DNA from: an uncultured beta proteobacterium
GTDB lineage: Bacteria > Pseudomonadota > Gammaproteobacteria > Burkholderiales > SG8-41
DNA: 64,000 nt
NCBI GenBank assembly: GCA_903905655.1
Contig: CAIVHG010000036.1
Location: forward strand, 10,142 to 74,141
Direction: 5' to 3'
Shown: positions 35,457 to 44,132 of the stretch, in pieces
Layout: each line of letters starts with the position of its first letter
Numbering within the stretch: position 1 is the first letter of the stretch
Position numbers and translations under genes: made by a program
The notes under the pieces: model-generated
Databases searched by the model: none
What the model was told of the DNA's origin: nothing
The model's input: the letters and a program-made list of their open reading frames with translations, nothing else

Positions 35457-38054
35457 TTAGCTGCTCGCGGCCTTGCGCGCGCGCGGTGTCTTTGCAGCCA
35501 CCTTTGCCTTAGCCGTCTTGGGTTCCCGTGGCGCGAACTCGAAGCTGACTTTGCCGTCGGCGCCGCGCACCAGGAACGCGGAAAAGGGCCGCCCCTTCTT
35601 GGAGATGAAGCGGTGCAGCAGATCGGTCTTTCCGCGCGCCAGCAGATGTTTCATCTGTTCGGGCTCGATCGCGCGCTGCAGGATGATCTTTCCCGAACGG
35701 AAATCACAACTGCGCCCCGCCCCGACCGAGCTTTCGCAGACGTAGGCCATGCCGTGGTCGTATACGGATTTCCCGCATTTGGGGCACGGGCCGAGCGCTT
35801 CGCGCCCGGAGAAATCGACGGGCTCGGCATCGGCCGCGGCATCGTTCTGACCAAAATCGAATTCGGTCTTAAATTCGGGACTGAGCTTCACGACCGCGCT
35901 GAAGGGCTTGCCCATGCGGCTGCGGAAGCCCTGTACCGGGCCAATGCTGCGTTTTGTGATCAACTCTTCCACCTCCGCGGGCTCGATATGGCGGCCAGCC
36001 AGTATCTTCCACAGAGCAAAATCGCATTGCTGGCACTGGTACTTTTTATAGTTTTCCTGCACCATGCCGCCGCACTTGGGGCACGGAGTAGCGAGCGTGG
36101 AAAAATCGCCGGGGACGGTGTCGCTTTCGTGCTTTTTCGTCTGCTCGACCATGTGGCGGACCATGTCGGCGATCTGCTGCATGAACTTGGGGCGCGTCAG
36201 CTGGCCGCCTTCGATCTTGGAAAGCTTGTATTCCCATTCCCCGGTCAGCTCGGGTGAACACAGCTCCATGATCTCAAGGCCGCGCAGCAGCGTGATGAGG
36301 TCAAACGCCTTGGCGGTGGCTTGCAACTCACGGCCATTGCGGCGCAGATACTCCTGCTGGATCAGGTTTTCGATGATGGTTGCGCGGGTGGCGGGTGTGC
36401 CTAGCCCCTTGGCGCGCATCGCATCGCGCAGCTCTTCGTCTTCGACCAGCTTGCCAGCACCCTCCATCGCAGATAGCAGCGTTGCTTCGGAGTAGCGCGC
36501 CGGCGGCTTGGTTTGCAGCGCTGCGACTGTAACCTCGCGCGCACGTGGCGATTCGCGTGCTGCGACCGCCACCAGCGCCGGCTCGTCATCGGTTTGCGCC
36601 TCCTTGCCGTAGATCTCCAGCCAGCCGGCGTTGACCATGATCTTGCCTTCGGTCTTAAACGGCTCGCCCTCGACGCGCGTAATGCGGGTCGTGATCTGAA
36701 ATTCGGCCGCGGGGAAGAACACCGCAAGGAACCGCTTCGTGACCAGATCGTAGATCTTGGCTTCGGCATCGCTCAGATGCTTGGGGGCCAGCGCCGTCGG
36801 AATGATGGCGAAGTGGTCTGAGATCTTCGCGTTGTTGAAGATGCGCTTGTTGGGGCGCACCCACTGGTTGGCCAGTATCTTTTTGACGAACGGCTGATAG
36901 TGTTGATCGAGCTGCTGCATCGCGGCGCTCACTGTGCCCAGATAATCCTCGGGCAGGGCGCGTGAGTCAGTGCGCGGGTAGGTCAGCACCTTGTGCTTTT
37001 CATACAGCGCCTGTGCGATGGAAAGCGTGGTCTTCGCCGAAAATCCGAAGCGGCCGTTGGCATCGCGTTGCAGGCTGGTGAGGTCGTAAAGCAGCGGGGA
37101 AAGCTGAGTCGAGGGTTTGCTCTCTTCCTCGACCACGCCGTTCCTGCCGTCGCATTTGACGCGGATCGCCTCGGCGCGCGCGCCTTCCCACAGGCGCTCG
37201 GCCCTGATGTCGCTGTCTTCGGATTTCTTGTCCTTGCTGAACTGCTCGTCGAACCAGCGGCCGCCGTATTCGCCGGCTTTGCACGCGAAGGTCGCGTGCA
37301 CTTCAAAATAGTCGCGCGCGACGAATTTCTTGATCTTCTCCTCGCGCTCGACAAGGATCGCCAGCGTCGGCGTCTGCACGCGGCCGACGGTGGTCAGGTG
37401 AAATCCGCCCGACTTGGAATTAAATGCCGTCATCGCGCGCGTGGCATTGATGCCTACCAGCCAGTCAGCTTCTGAGCGGCAAATCGCCGCATCAGCAAGC
37501 GGCAGCATGTCGCGGTCGCTGCGCAGCCGCTCAAAACCCTCGCGGATCGATGCTGGAGTCATCGATTGCAGCCACAGCCGTTCTATCGGCTTGGTGGTCT
37601 TGGTGTGGCTGACAATGTACCGGAAAATCAATTCGCCTTCGCGCCCGGCGTCGCACGCATTGAGCAGGCTGGACACGTTCTTCTGCTTGATCAGCTTGGC
37701 CAGCAGCTTGAGGCGCTCTTCCGACCTTTCGATGGGCTGCAGATCAAAGTGCTGTGGAACTACCGGTAGATTAGCCAACGACCATTTGCCGCGCTTGACC
37801 TCCACGCCCTCGGGCGGAACGATCGTCAGCAGATGACCGACGGCCGAAGAGAGCACGTAGTCGTCGCTCTCAAAATAGTCGCCGTGCTTAGTGAAGCCGC
37901 CCAACACGCGGGCGATGTCGTTCGCAACCGAGGGCTTCTCCGCGATGATCAGCTTTTTAGCGTGAGCTAACGCGGGCTTCGCAGCGGCAGCGGCCTTCGT
38001 GGCGGCGGCAGGCTTCGCGGCGGTCTTCTTTACAGCAGTCGGTTTTTTGGCCAT
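35457..38054 (-). CDS. topB: type IA DNA topoisomerase, topoisomerase III-like, with basic K/A-rich N- and C-terminal tails
   Basis: 865 aa. TOPRIM start LIIAEKPSVANDIA (EKPS type), DAGREGE, catalytic Tyr context VLTYPRTDSR, two CPKCG Zn ribbons. N-tail MAKKPTAVKKTAAKPAAATKAAAAAKPALAHAKK; C-tail PKTAKAKVAAKTPRARKAASS. Confidence 0.85.
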   Translation of the reverse strand: MAKKPTAVKKTAAKPAAATKAAAAAKPALAHAKKLIIAEKPSVANDIARVLGGFTKHGDYFESDDYVLSSAVGHLLTIVPPEGVEVKRGKWSLANLPVVPQHFDLQPIERSEERLKLLAKLIKQKNVSSLLNACDAGREGELIFRYIVSHTKTTKPIERLWLQSMTPASIREGFERLRSDRDMLPLADAAICRSEADWLVGINATRAMTAFNSKSGGFHLTTVGRVQTPTLAILVEREEKIKKFVARDYFEVHATFACKAGEYGGRWFDEQFSKDKKSEDSDIRAERLWEGARAEAIRVKCDGRNGVVEEESKPSTQLSPLLYDLTSLQRDANGRFGFSAKTTLSIAQALYEKHKVLTYPRTDSRALPEDYLGTVSAAMQQLDQHYQPFVKKILANQWVRPNKRIFNNAKISDHFAIIPTALAPKHLSDAEAKIYDLVTKRFLAVFFPAAEFQITTRITRVEGEPFKTEGKIMVNAGWLEIYGKEAQTDDEPALVAVAARESPRAREVTVAALQTKPPARYSEATLLSAMEGAGKLVEDEELRDAMRAKGLGTPATRATIIENLIQQEYLRRNGRELQATAKAFDLITLLRGLEIMELCSPELTGEWEYKLSKIEGGQLTRPKFMQQIADMVRHMVEQTKKHESDTVPGDFSTLATPCPKCGGMVQENYKKYQCQQCDFALWKILAGRHIEPAEVEELITKRSIGPVQGFRSRMGKPFSAVVKLSPEFKTEFDFGQNDAAADAEPVDFSGREALGPCPKCGKSVYDHGMAYVCESSVGAGRSCDFRSGKIILQRAIEPEQMKHLLARGKTDLLHRFISKKGRPFSAFLVRGADGKVSFEFAPREPKTAKAKVAAKTPRARKAASS

Positions 38055-38253
38055 TGATGAGTGAATGATCGGGATTGGAGCGCGCAGCCGCGTCCAAAAG
38101 AGCGCACGATGATAAGAATAAAAACGGCTCTAGGCAAGCGGATATGCGAACAAAGTCGCGAAATCATCCGAAATGCGATGTGGTTGGCGATGGAAGCGAA
38201 TGCGCGCGACGCGCGGCAATTCAGGGGCGATGCGCGGCTACGGCATGCTCTTC

Positions 38254-39345
38254 TTAGTACACGCGCTGGTAAAGGCCACCCGGAAGCGGTTCGACGAGCC
38301 CGCGCAATTCTAGGTCGAGCAACAGCGTCGCCAGCTTGTCGGCGCCCCAGCCCAGAGATGCACATAGTGCGTCCAGGGCATGTGGTTCATGGCCTAGTGC
38401 GTCCAGCAATGCGTGCGCCGCATCGTCCTCGGGGGCAGATGCCAGCGCGGCCGGTGGCGCACCGGCAGTGAAATGCAGTTCGTCCAGGATATCGGAGACG
38501 GCATCGACGAGCTTCGCGCCCTGCTTGATTAGCTGATGGCAGCCTTTGGCAAGCGGCGCATGGATCGAGCCCGGCAATGCGAAAACCTCCCGCCCCTGCT
38601 CATTGGCGAGCCGCGCCGTGATGAGCGAGCCGCTTTGTAGTGCGGCTTCGACGACCAGGCAGCCACGGCTCATGCCGCTGATTACGCGGTTGCGTCGCGG
38701 AAAATTGGCGGCAAGCGGAGGCGTCCCGAGCGGAAACTCTGAGACCAGCGCGCCCCCCGCCGCAAGCTCGTGTGCGAGCTCGCGGTTGCGCGCGGGATAA
38801 ACGATGTCCAGACCGGTACCGATAACGCCGATGCTGCTTGCCGAACCGGCAAGCCCGCCGCGATGCGCGGCCGTATCGATGCCAACGGCTAGCCCGCTGA
38901 CGATGGTGATACCCGCACCGCTCAATGCGCGCGCAAAGGCTTCGGCATTTGCCTTCCCCTGAGCGGTCGCATTGCGGCTGCCGACGATCGCAAGCGCAGG
39001 CTGGTTCAACAGATGGCGCCGCCCTTTGACATAGAGCACAATCGGCGGGTCGGGTGTTTCGAGCAGCAACTGCGGGTAATGCTCGTCCGCAAGTGTGACG
39101 ATCTGATTGATCGGATCGTCCAGCCATGCGAGCGCCAGCGCTGCAGCCGCGGCGCTTACATCGCTACGGATATGCGCCGCAGCATTCGCCCCAACCAATG
39201 GCTCAAGCGCGGCATGCGATGCCGCCAACACGTCTTCAGGGGAGCCGAACTGCGCGAGCAGCTTGCGCAGCGTCGCTGCCCCGATACCCGGGATGAGAGT
39301 GAGGCGCAACCACGCCTCGTATTCGGTGGGACAGGCTTGAGGCAT
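38254..39345 (-). CDS. dprA: DNA-processing protein DprA (Smf)
   Basis: 363 aa. N-terminal SAM-like LIPGIGAATLRKLL, Rossmann-like core (LAIVGSRNATAQG, GIDTAAHRG), C-terminal winged-helix-like tail. Confidence 0.92.
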   Translation of the reverse strand: MPQACPTEYEAWLRLTLIPGIGAATLRKLLAQFGSPEDVLAASHAALEPLVGANAAAHIRSDVSAAAAALALAWLDDPINQIVTLADEHYPQLLLETPDPPIVLYVKGRRHLLNQPALAIVGSRNATAQGKANAEAFARALSGAGITIVSGLAVGIDTAAHRGGLAGSASSIGVIGTGLDIVYPARNRELAHELAAGGALVSEFPLGTPPLAANFPRRNRVISGMSRGCLVVEAALQSGSLITARLANEQGREVFALPGSIHAPLAKGCHQLIKQGAKLVDAVSDILDELHFTAGAPPAALASAPEDDAAHALLDALGHEPHALDALCASLGWGADKLATLLLDLELRGLVEPLPGGLYQRVY

Positions 39346-39404
39346 GTTGCGCTAGTGGAAACCGTTGCTGGATATTGCAAGAGCCGCTCGGTTATTTTCC
39401 TGGC

Positions 39405-40544
39405 TCAGGGGTTGGTCGCCTTGTCCAGCACGTGCACAGGCTGGTCCGCGTTCATGATGAGCGCGTATGAAGCGCGGTCAAATACGCGAAACACCATGAG
39501 CAGCCCGTAGCGTGCGTCGGGCAGGCGCGGTGCGGGCGCCCCCGCGGCGCGAACCGGCTGATTCTGATAACCGGCTGTGGCATCGCCCTGCCCTGAAAAT
39601 ACGCTTGGACGCGCGAGGACCGGACCCGCTTGAGTGGAGCGGCTCGCGACGTTGAGATCTCGATAGATTGCAAGCACGTGACCGACTTCAAGTCCGTCGC
39701 GGACGCCTTTGTTCAGCGTGACGATTGCGTTGCTGCCGACTTCGTAAAACCCGCCGTAAGCGGAGATGATCCGGGCGTTCACATTGCGTTCCGGAGGGCG
39801 CGGTGCATAACGTTCAAAAGAAACCTGGCGCGGGGCTGGCAGGAGGTAATCGCCAGGGGAGATTTCGAGCGGCGATTTGACGATTTGCACGGTGCTTACC
39901 GGGCCGTATCTCACGACACGCACTTCACCGGCAAAGACTGCTTCGTAACCTAATGTCTCGTGCGTATCGGGGTCGACCAATGCTGTTCCGGGCCTATAGA
40001 TATTCCAGTCTGCGCCCAGGGCCTCGGTGATCCCCTCGGCGTAGGCCAGGTCGCCGGCACCGATCGCGACGCGGCCTTCCTGAGCGGCTACGATGCGGGC
40101 GGCGCCAGCAAGCCCACCTTGTGCAATGACCAGAGGCTTGCTCAGGAAGGGCTCGATATCCGCCGTCGGGATCGTGGGCACTGCCTCCTGATCCAAAGGG
40201 GTAGCTCGCGCCTGTGGCGCGAGCTTCTCGGATTCAACAGGCAACCGCTCAGGCAACAGTCGCAGGCGCACCTCAGGTTGGGAGCGGTCGAGCACCAGCA
40301 CGTTGCCCGGATAAATCCAATGCGGATTCCTGATCTGCTCGCGGTTCATCTGCCACAGCTCGCCCCATTTCCACGGGCTCTTGAGAAAGCGTGCGGAGAT
40401 TGCCCATAAAGTGTCGCCTTTAACGACGACATAGCGATCGGGCGCCCCATCGCTCAAGTCGGCGACCGTGGCTGCCGGCGCTGTCGCAGCCCAGCTCAGC
40501 ACGAGCATCAGCGATATAATCGACCTAATCATCGCATCTCCCAT
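39405..40544 (-). CDS. LysM peptidoglycan-binding domain protein (periplasmic)
   Basis: 379 aa. Signal peptide, LysM motif YVVVKGDTLWAISARFLKSPWKWGELWQMN...IYPGNVLVL. The alternative ATG at 40532 (MIRSIISL) is equally possible. Confidence 0.8.
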   Translation of the reverse strand: MGDAMIRSIISLMLVLSWAATAPAATVADLSDGAPDRYVVVKGDTLWAISARFLKSPWKWGELWQMNREQIRNPHWIYPGNVLVLDRSQPEVRLRLLPERLPVESEKLAPQARATPLDQEAVPTIPTADIEPFLSKPLVIAQGGLAGAARIVAAQEGRVAIGAGDLAYAEGITEALGADWNIYRPGTALVDPDTHETLGYEAVFAGEVRVVRYGPVSTVQIVKSPLEISPGDYLLPAPRQVSFERYAPRPPERNVNARIISAYGGFYEVGSNAIVTLNKGVRDGLEVGHVLAIYRDLNVASRSTQAGPVLARPSVFSGQGDATAGYQNQPVRAAGAPAPRLPDARYGLLMVFRVFDRASYALIMNADQPVHVLDKATNP

Positions 40545-40644
40545 TTACTTCCGGCGAGCTTAACTGGGCCTGCGCTGCCTGAATACCTAAAAGATCACAC
40601 ATCGGATTAGATTCTGCCCCTAGTTTATTCAATCAGCAAGAATT

Positions 40645-41148
40645 ATGGCGTTATTACCCATCCTACAATACCCCGATCCCAGGTTGCACAAGGTCGCCCT
40701 TCCCGTCGGCGTTGTTAACGACGAGATTCGCGCTTTGATAAGGGATATGGCGGAGACCATGTATACGGCGCCCGGCGTCGGACTCGCCGCGACCCAGGTG
40801 GATGTGCATAAACGCCTCATCATCGTCGACACCTCCGAATCGCACGACCAGCTGCAGGTCTTCATCAATCCCGAGATTGTGGAGTCGAGCGGTGTCGCCG
40901 ACTGTGAAGAAGGCTGCCTCTCGGTGCCGGGAATATTCGAAAAAGTCCGGCGCGCAGAGCGCATTACCGTGCGCGCGCTCGATGAGGTAGGCGCAAGTTT
41001 CGAACTTTCGGCCAGCGGCTTGCTGTCCGTTTGCATCCAGCATGAAATGGATCATCTTTTGGGCAAGGTGTTCGTCGAATACCTGTCCAGGCTAAAGCAG
41101 CAGCGCATCCTCGCGAAGTTCAAAAAGCAACAGCGGCGAGTCATGTAA
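40645..41148 (+). CDS. def: peptide deformylase
   Basis: 167 aa with all three motifs: [23 protein letters not shown]. Confidence 0.97.
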   Translation: MALLPILQYPDPRLHKVALPVGVVNDEIRALIRDMAETMYTAPGVGLAATQVDVHKRLIIVDTSESHDQLQVFINPEIVESSGVADCEEGCLSVPGIFEKVRRAERITVRALDEVGASFELSASGLLSVCIQHEMDHLLGKVFVEYLSRLKQQRILAKFKKQQRRVM

Positions 41149-42098
41149 TGCAGACAGGCAGCGGGCCGGCGCAAACCGCCAGGAAACTCATATTTGCCGG
41201 CACGCCGGAGTTTGCAGCAGTCGCCCTCAGCGCCCTGCTCGAGGCCGGCTTCGAGATTGCGCTGGTATTGACCCAGCCCGACCGACCTGCCGGCCGCGGC
41301 TTGAACATGCATGCCAGCGCGGTAAAAGCGCTGGCGCTCGCACGCGGGTTGCCGTTAGCGCAGCCCACGACCCTCAAAGATGCCGCGATCCAGGAGCGGT
41401 TGGCGGAACTCGAGCCTGATGCCATGATCGTCGCGGCTTATGGCCTGATCCTGCCGCCCGCGGTTCTCGCCATTCCAGCGGGCGGCTGCCTCAATATTCA
41501 CGCTTCATTATTGCCGCGCTGGCGTGGAGCGGCGCCGATACAGCGCGCATTGCTGGCGGGCGACGCGGAGACCGGCATCACCATCATGCAGATGGACGCA
41601 GGTCTCGACACCGGTCCCATGCTGCTGCAGGAAAAGCTTCCGATCAGCGCCGAGGACACGGCACAAACCCTGCACGACAAACTCGCATCGCTGGGCGCGC
41701 GCAGTATCGTGCGTGCCTTGCGCGAGGGGCCGCAGGCGCGTGCGCAAGACGATGCGCTTGCGACCTACGCGAGCAAAATCACGAAGCAGGAAGCGGCCAT
41801 CGACTGGTCGGAGAGCGCGGTCGCGATCTGCCGCAAGATCCGGGCGTTCAATCCGGTTCCAGGCGCGACCACGCTGAGCGCCGGACAGCCGCTTAAGATC
41901 TGGCGCGCGCAGCCAGTGGCCGCGCATGCCGCAGCGCCCGGGACGGTCTTGAGCGCAGAAGATGACGCCGTCGTCGTGGCGGCCGGGGACGGCGCCGTCA
42001 GCGTCGTCGAACTGCAACGGGCGGGGGGCAAGCGCATGTCTGCCGCCAGCTATCTCGCGGGTGCGGGCTTGAGTCCAGGGGCGCGCTTCGGCGCTTGA
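41148..42098 (+). CDS. fmt: methionyl-tRNA formyltransferase
   Basis: 316 aa. IFAGTPEFA start region, HASLLPRWRGAAPIQ motif. Its ATG overlaps the def stop (TAATG). Confidence 0.95.
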   Translation: MQTGSGPAQTARKLIFAGTPEFAAVALSALLEAGFEIALVLTQPDRPAGRGLNMHASAVKALALARGLPLAQPTTLKDAAIQERLAELEPDAMIVAAYGLILPPAVLAIPAGGCLNIHASLLPRWRGAAPIQRALLAGDAETGITIMQMDAGLDTGPMLLQEKLPISAEDTAQTLHDKLASLGARSIVRALREGPQARAQDDALATYASKITKQEAAIDWSESAVAICRKIRAFNPVPGATTLSAGQPLKIWRAQPVAAHAAAPGTVLSAEDDAVVVAAGDGAVSVVELQRAGGKRMSAASYLAGAGLSPGARFGA

Positions 42099-42223
42099 AC
42101 TTTGAAGACCTGCGGCCATCTCATCGACGCCCGCCGATTGCGGCTAAAGGGCAGGAGCTCACCGTACATGCATAGCGACTGGAGCAGGACTTTACTGTTA
42201 ATCGCGATCACGTCCGCGCTTCT

Positions 42224-43582
42224 ATGCGCGGTGGGGGCGACGCAGGCGCGTACTGCGCGCCTGCTCGCGATGGCACAGTAGAGCCCGCGGGAAGCCACGT
42301 GCTCGATACCCAGGCGCTTGCGAGCGTAACCGTAGGCCGTGTTGCCGGCGGGGAGAACCTGAACCGGGCGCTGGCCGGGCTGTGGCAGGAGCATCCGCTG
42401 CTCACCGCGCAGCAGCGCGGCGCCATCACCGACTTGTGTTATGGCACGCTGCGCTTCGGCCTGCGGCTGCAGGCCGTGCTGGATGCGCTGCTTGCCAAGA
42501 AGTTGAGCGACCCCGCGCTGCGCTGGCTGTTGCTCGTGACCCTGTATCAGCTTGAGCATACGCGTGCAGCTCCCTATGCCATCGTCGATCATGCGGTGCG
42601 CTGCGTTGCGCGCCTGGGCACGCCCCAAGCGGGTGGGCTGGTGAATGCCGTGCTGCGCAACTTTTTGCGGCGGCGCGCGGCCCTGCTGGCAAAGGCCGAC
42701 CAAAGCGATGTGGGCCGGTTTAGCTATCCCCAATGGTGGATCGATAAGGTGCGCGCGCAGTTGCCGCAGCATTACGCACTGGTGTTGCATGCCGGCAATC
42801 TGCATCCGCCGTACACCCTGCGCGTCAATGCGCGGCGCATGCAGCGTTCCGATTATCTTGCGCTCCTTGAGCGCGAAGGGATCGTCGGTGTTCCGGTCGG
42901 CGTTTCCGGGGTGCGCCTGGCGCGTGCGCTTCCTGTCGGACGTCTGCCAGGATTTGCCGAGGGCATCGTCTCGGTGCAGGATGCGGCTGCACAGTTTGCC
43001 GCTCCGCTGCTTGAGGTTGAGCCCGGAATGCGGGTACTCGATGCCTGCGCGGCGCCGGGTGGCAAAACAACTCATCTGCTGGAACTCGCAGATCTCGACC
43101 TGACTGCGTTGGATCATGACGCCGCGCGCCTCGATCGTGTACGTGAGAATCTCGAGCGGCTGAAGCTCAAGGCGCGGTTGCTGGTGGGGAATGCGGCCGA
43201 TCCCGCTTCCTGGTGGGACGGTGAACCGTATCAGCGCATCCTGGCCGATGTGCCGTGCAGCGCCTCAGGGGTAGTGCGACGCCACCCGGACATCAAATGG
43301 CTGCGGCGACCGGCCGATATAAAGCAGTTTGCGGTGCAGCAAGAGCGTCTCGTTGACGGCCTATGGAAGACGCTGGCCAGTGGCGGAAAATTCCTGTATA
43401 CAACGTGTTCGATCTTCGAAGAAGAGAACTGCATGCAGCTCTCGCGCTTCTTGGCGCGCCATGCTGACGCACGAACGCTCACGCTGCACGGGTTCCAATC
43501 ACGGGACGGAACACCTGACGGCCTGCTGTTGCCGGATAACGAGCATGACGGCTTTTTCTACGCACTGCTGCAGAAAATATAG
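42224..43582 (+). CDS. rsmB: 16S rRNA (cytosine967-C5)-methyltransferase
   Basis: 452 aa. NusB-like N-domain, SAM motif DACAAPGGKT, catalytic Cys motifs DVPCSASGVVRRHPDIKW and YTTCSIFEEEN. The exact start is uncertain. Confidence 0.9.
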   Translation: MRGGGDAGAYCAPARDGTVEPAGSHVLDTQALASVTVGRVAGGENLNRALAGLWQEHPLLTAQQRGAITDLCYGTLRFGLRLQAVLDALLAKKLSDPALRWLLLVTLYQLEHTRAAPYAIVDHAVRCVARLGTPQAGGLVNAVLRNFLRRRAALLAKADQSDVGRFSYPQWWIDKVRAQLPQHYALVLHAGNLHPPYTLRVNARRMQRSDYLALLEREGIVGVPVGVSGVRLARALPVGRLPGFAEGIVSVQDAAAQFAAPLLEVEPGMRVLDACAAPGGKTTHLLELADLDLTALDHDAARLDRVRENLERLKLKARLLVGNAADPASWWDGEPYQRILADVPCSASGVVRRHPDIKWLRRPADIKQFAVQQERLVDGLWKTLASGGKFLYTTCSIFEEENCMQLSRFLARHADARTLTLHGFQSRDGTPDGLLLPDNEHDGFFYALLQKI

Positions 43583-44126
43583 GCTCTGGAACGCGCTCGC
43601 CGCGTTCGTGCTGTTATTTGCGGCGCTGGCGCCCGCTTACGCTGACGGCATCGAAGTGCGGCGTGCCACGCTGGCCGCAGCAGAAGAGGGGTATTTTTTC
43701 GAAGCCGACTTCGATATCGCGCTCAACGCGACGCTGGAAGAGGCGCTCAACAAGGGCGTGCCGCTTTATTTCCTGCTCGAATTCGAAGTGATCCGCCCGC
43801 GCTGGTACTGGGTTAACGAGAAGCTCCTTGAGAGTCAGCAGCGCTATCGGCTCTCCTATAATGCGCTGACGCGCCAGTATCGCATCGGGGTCGGCTCGCT
43901 CTACCATAATTTCGACGCCCTCTCCGAAGCGCTCGACTTTTTGTCGCGCGTCCGCCGGCGCTTGGCGCTGGCGCCCGCGGTGCTCAGCAAGGGCACCACC
44001 TATATCGCCGGCGTGCGCATGCAACTCGACGTTTCGCAGCTGCCCAAACCGTTTCAACTCAATGCGGTGGCCTCGCGGGACTGGAACTTTGGCTCGCCGT
44101 GGTTTCGCTGGAACGTGACGCCGTAA
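43545..44126 (+). CDS. DUF4390-like secreted protein of unknown function
   Basis: Start placed at in-frame ATG 43545 (overlaps the rsmB end by 38 nt). This gives the signal peptide ...LAAFVLLFAALAPAYA/DG. The ORF-track start at 43329 lies inside rsmB. Family assignment is from memory of the rsmB-DUF4390-sensor kinase arrangement. Confidence 0.6.
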   Translation: MTAFSTHCCRKYRLWNALAAFVLLFAALAPAYADGIEVRRATLAAAEEGYFFEADFDIALNATLEEALNKGVPLYFLLEFEVIRPRWYWVNEKLLESQQRYRLSYNALTRQYRIGVGSLYHNFDALSEALDFLSRVRRRLALAPAVLSKGTTYIAGVRMQLDVSQLPKPFQLNAVASRDWNFGSPWFRWNVTP

Positions 44127-44132
44127 CTCGCC

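Noticed and set aside
38055-38253. 199-bp gap between dprA and the topoisomerase gene, where an smg (DUF494) gene might be expected
   Set aside because: No ORF of suitable size or composition exists in any frame. The overlapping track ORFs (38030-38365, 38061-38471) run into dprA in antisense or out of frame. Treated as a plain spacer.
42050-43117. 355-aa minus-strand ORF antisense to rsmB (and similar ones: 1618-2685 against gltD, 12363-13277 against glmS, 35451-36257 against topB, 45519-46202 against ntrY, 46925-47671 against ntrX)
   Set aside because: All sit wholly within confidently identified genes on the other strand and look like compositional artefacts.
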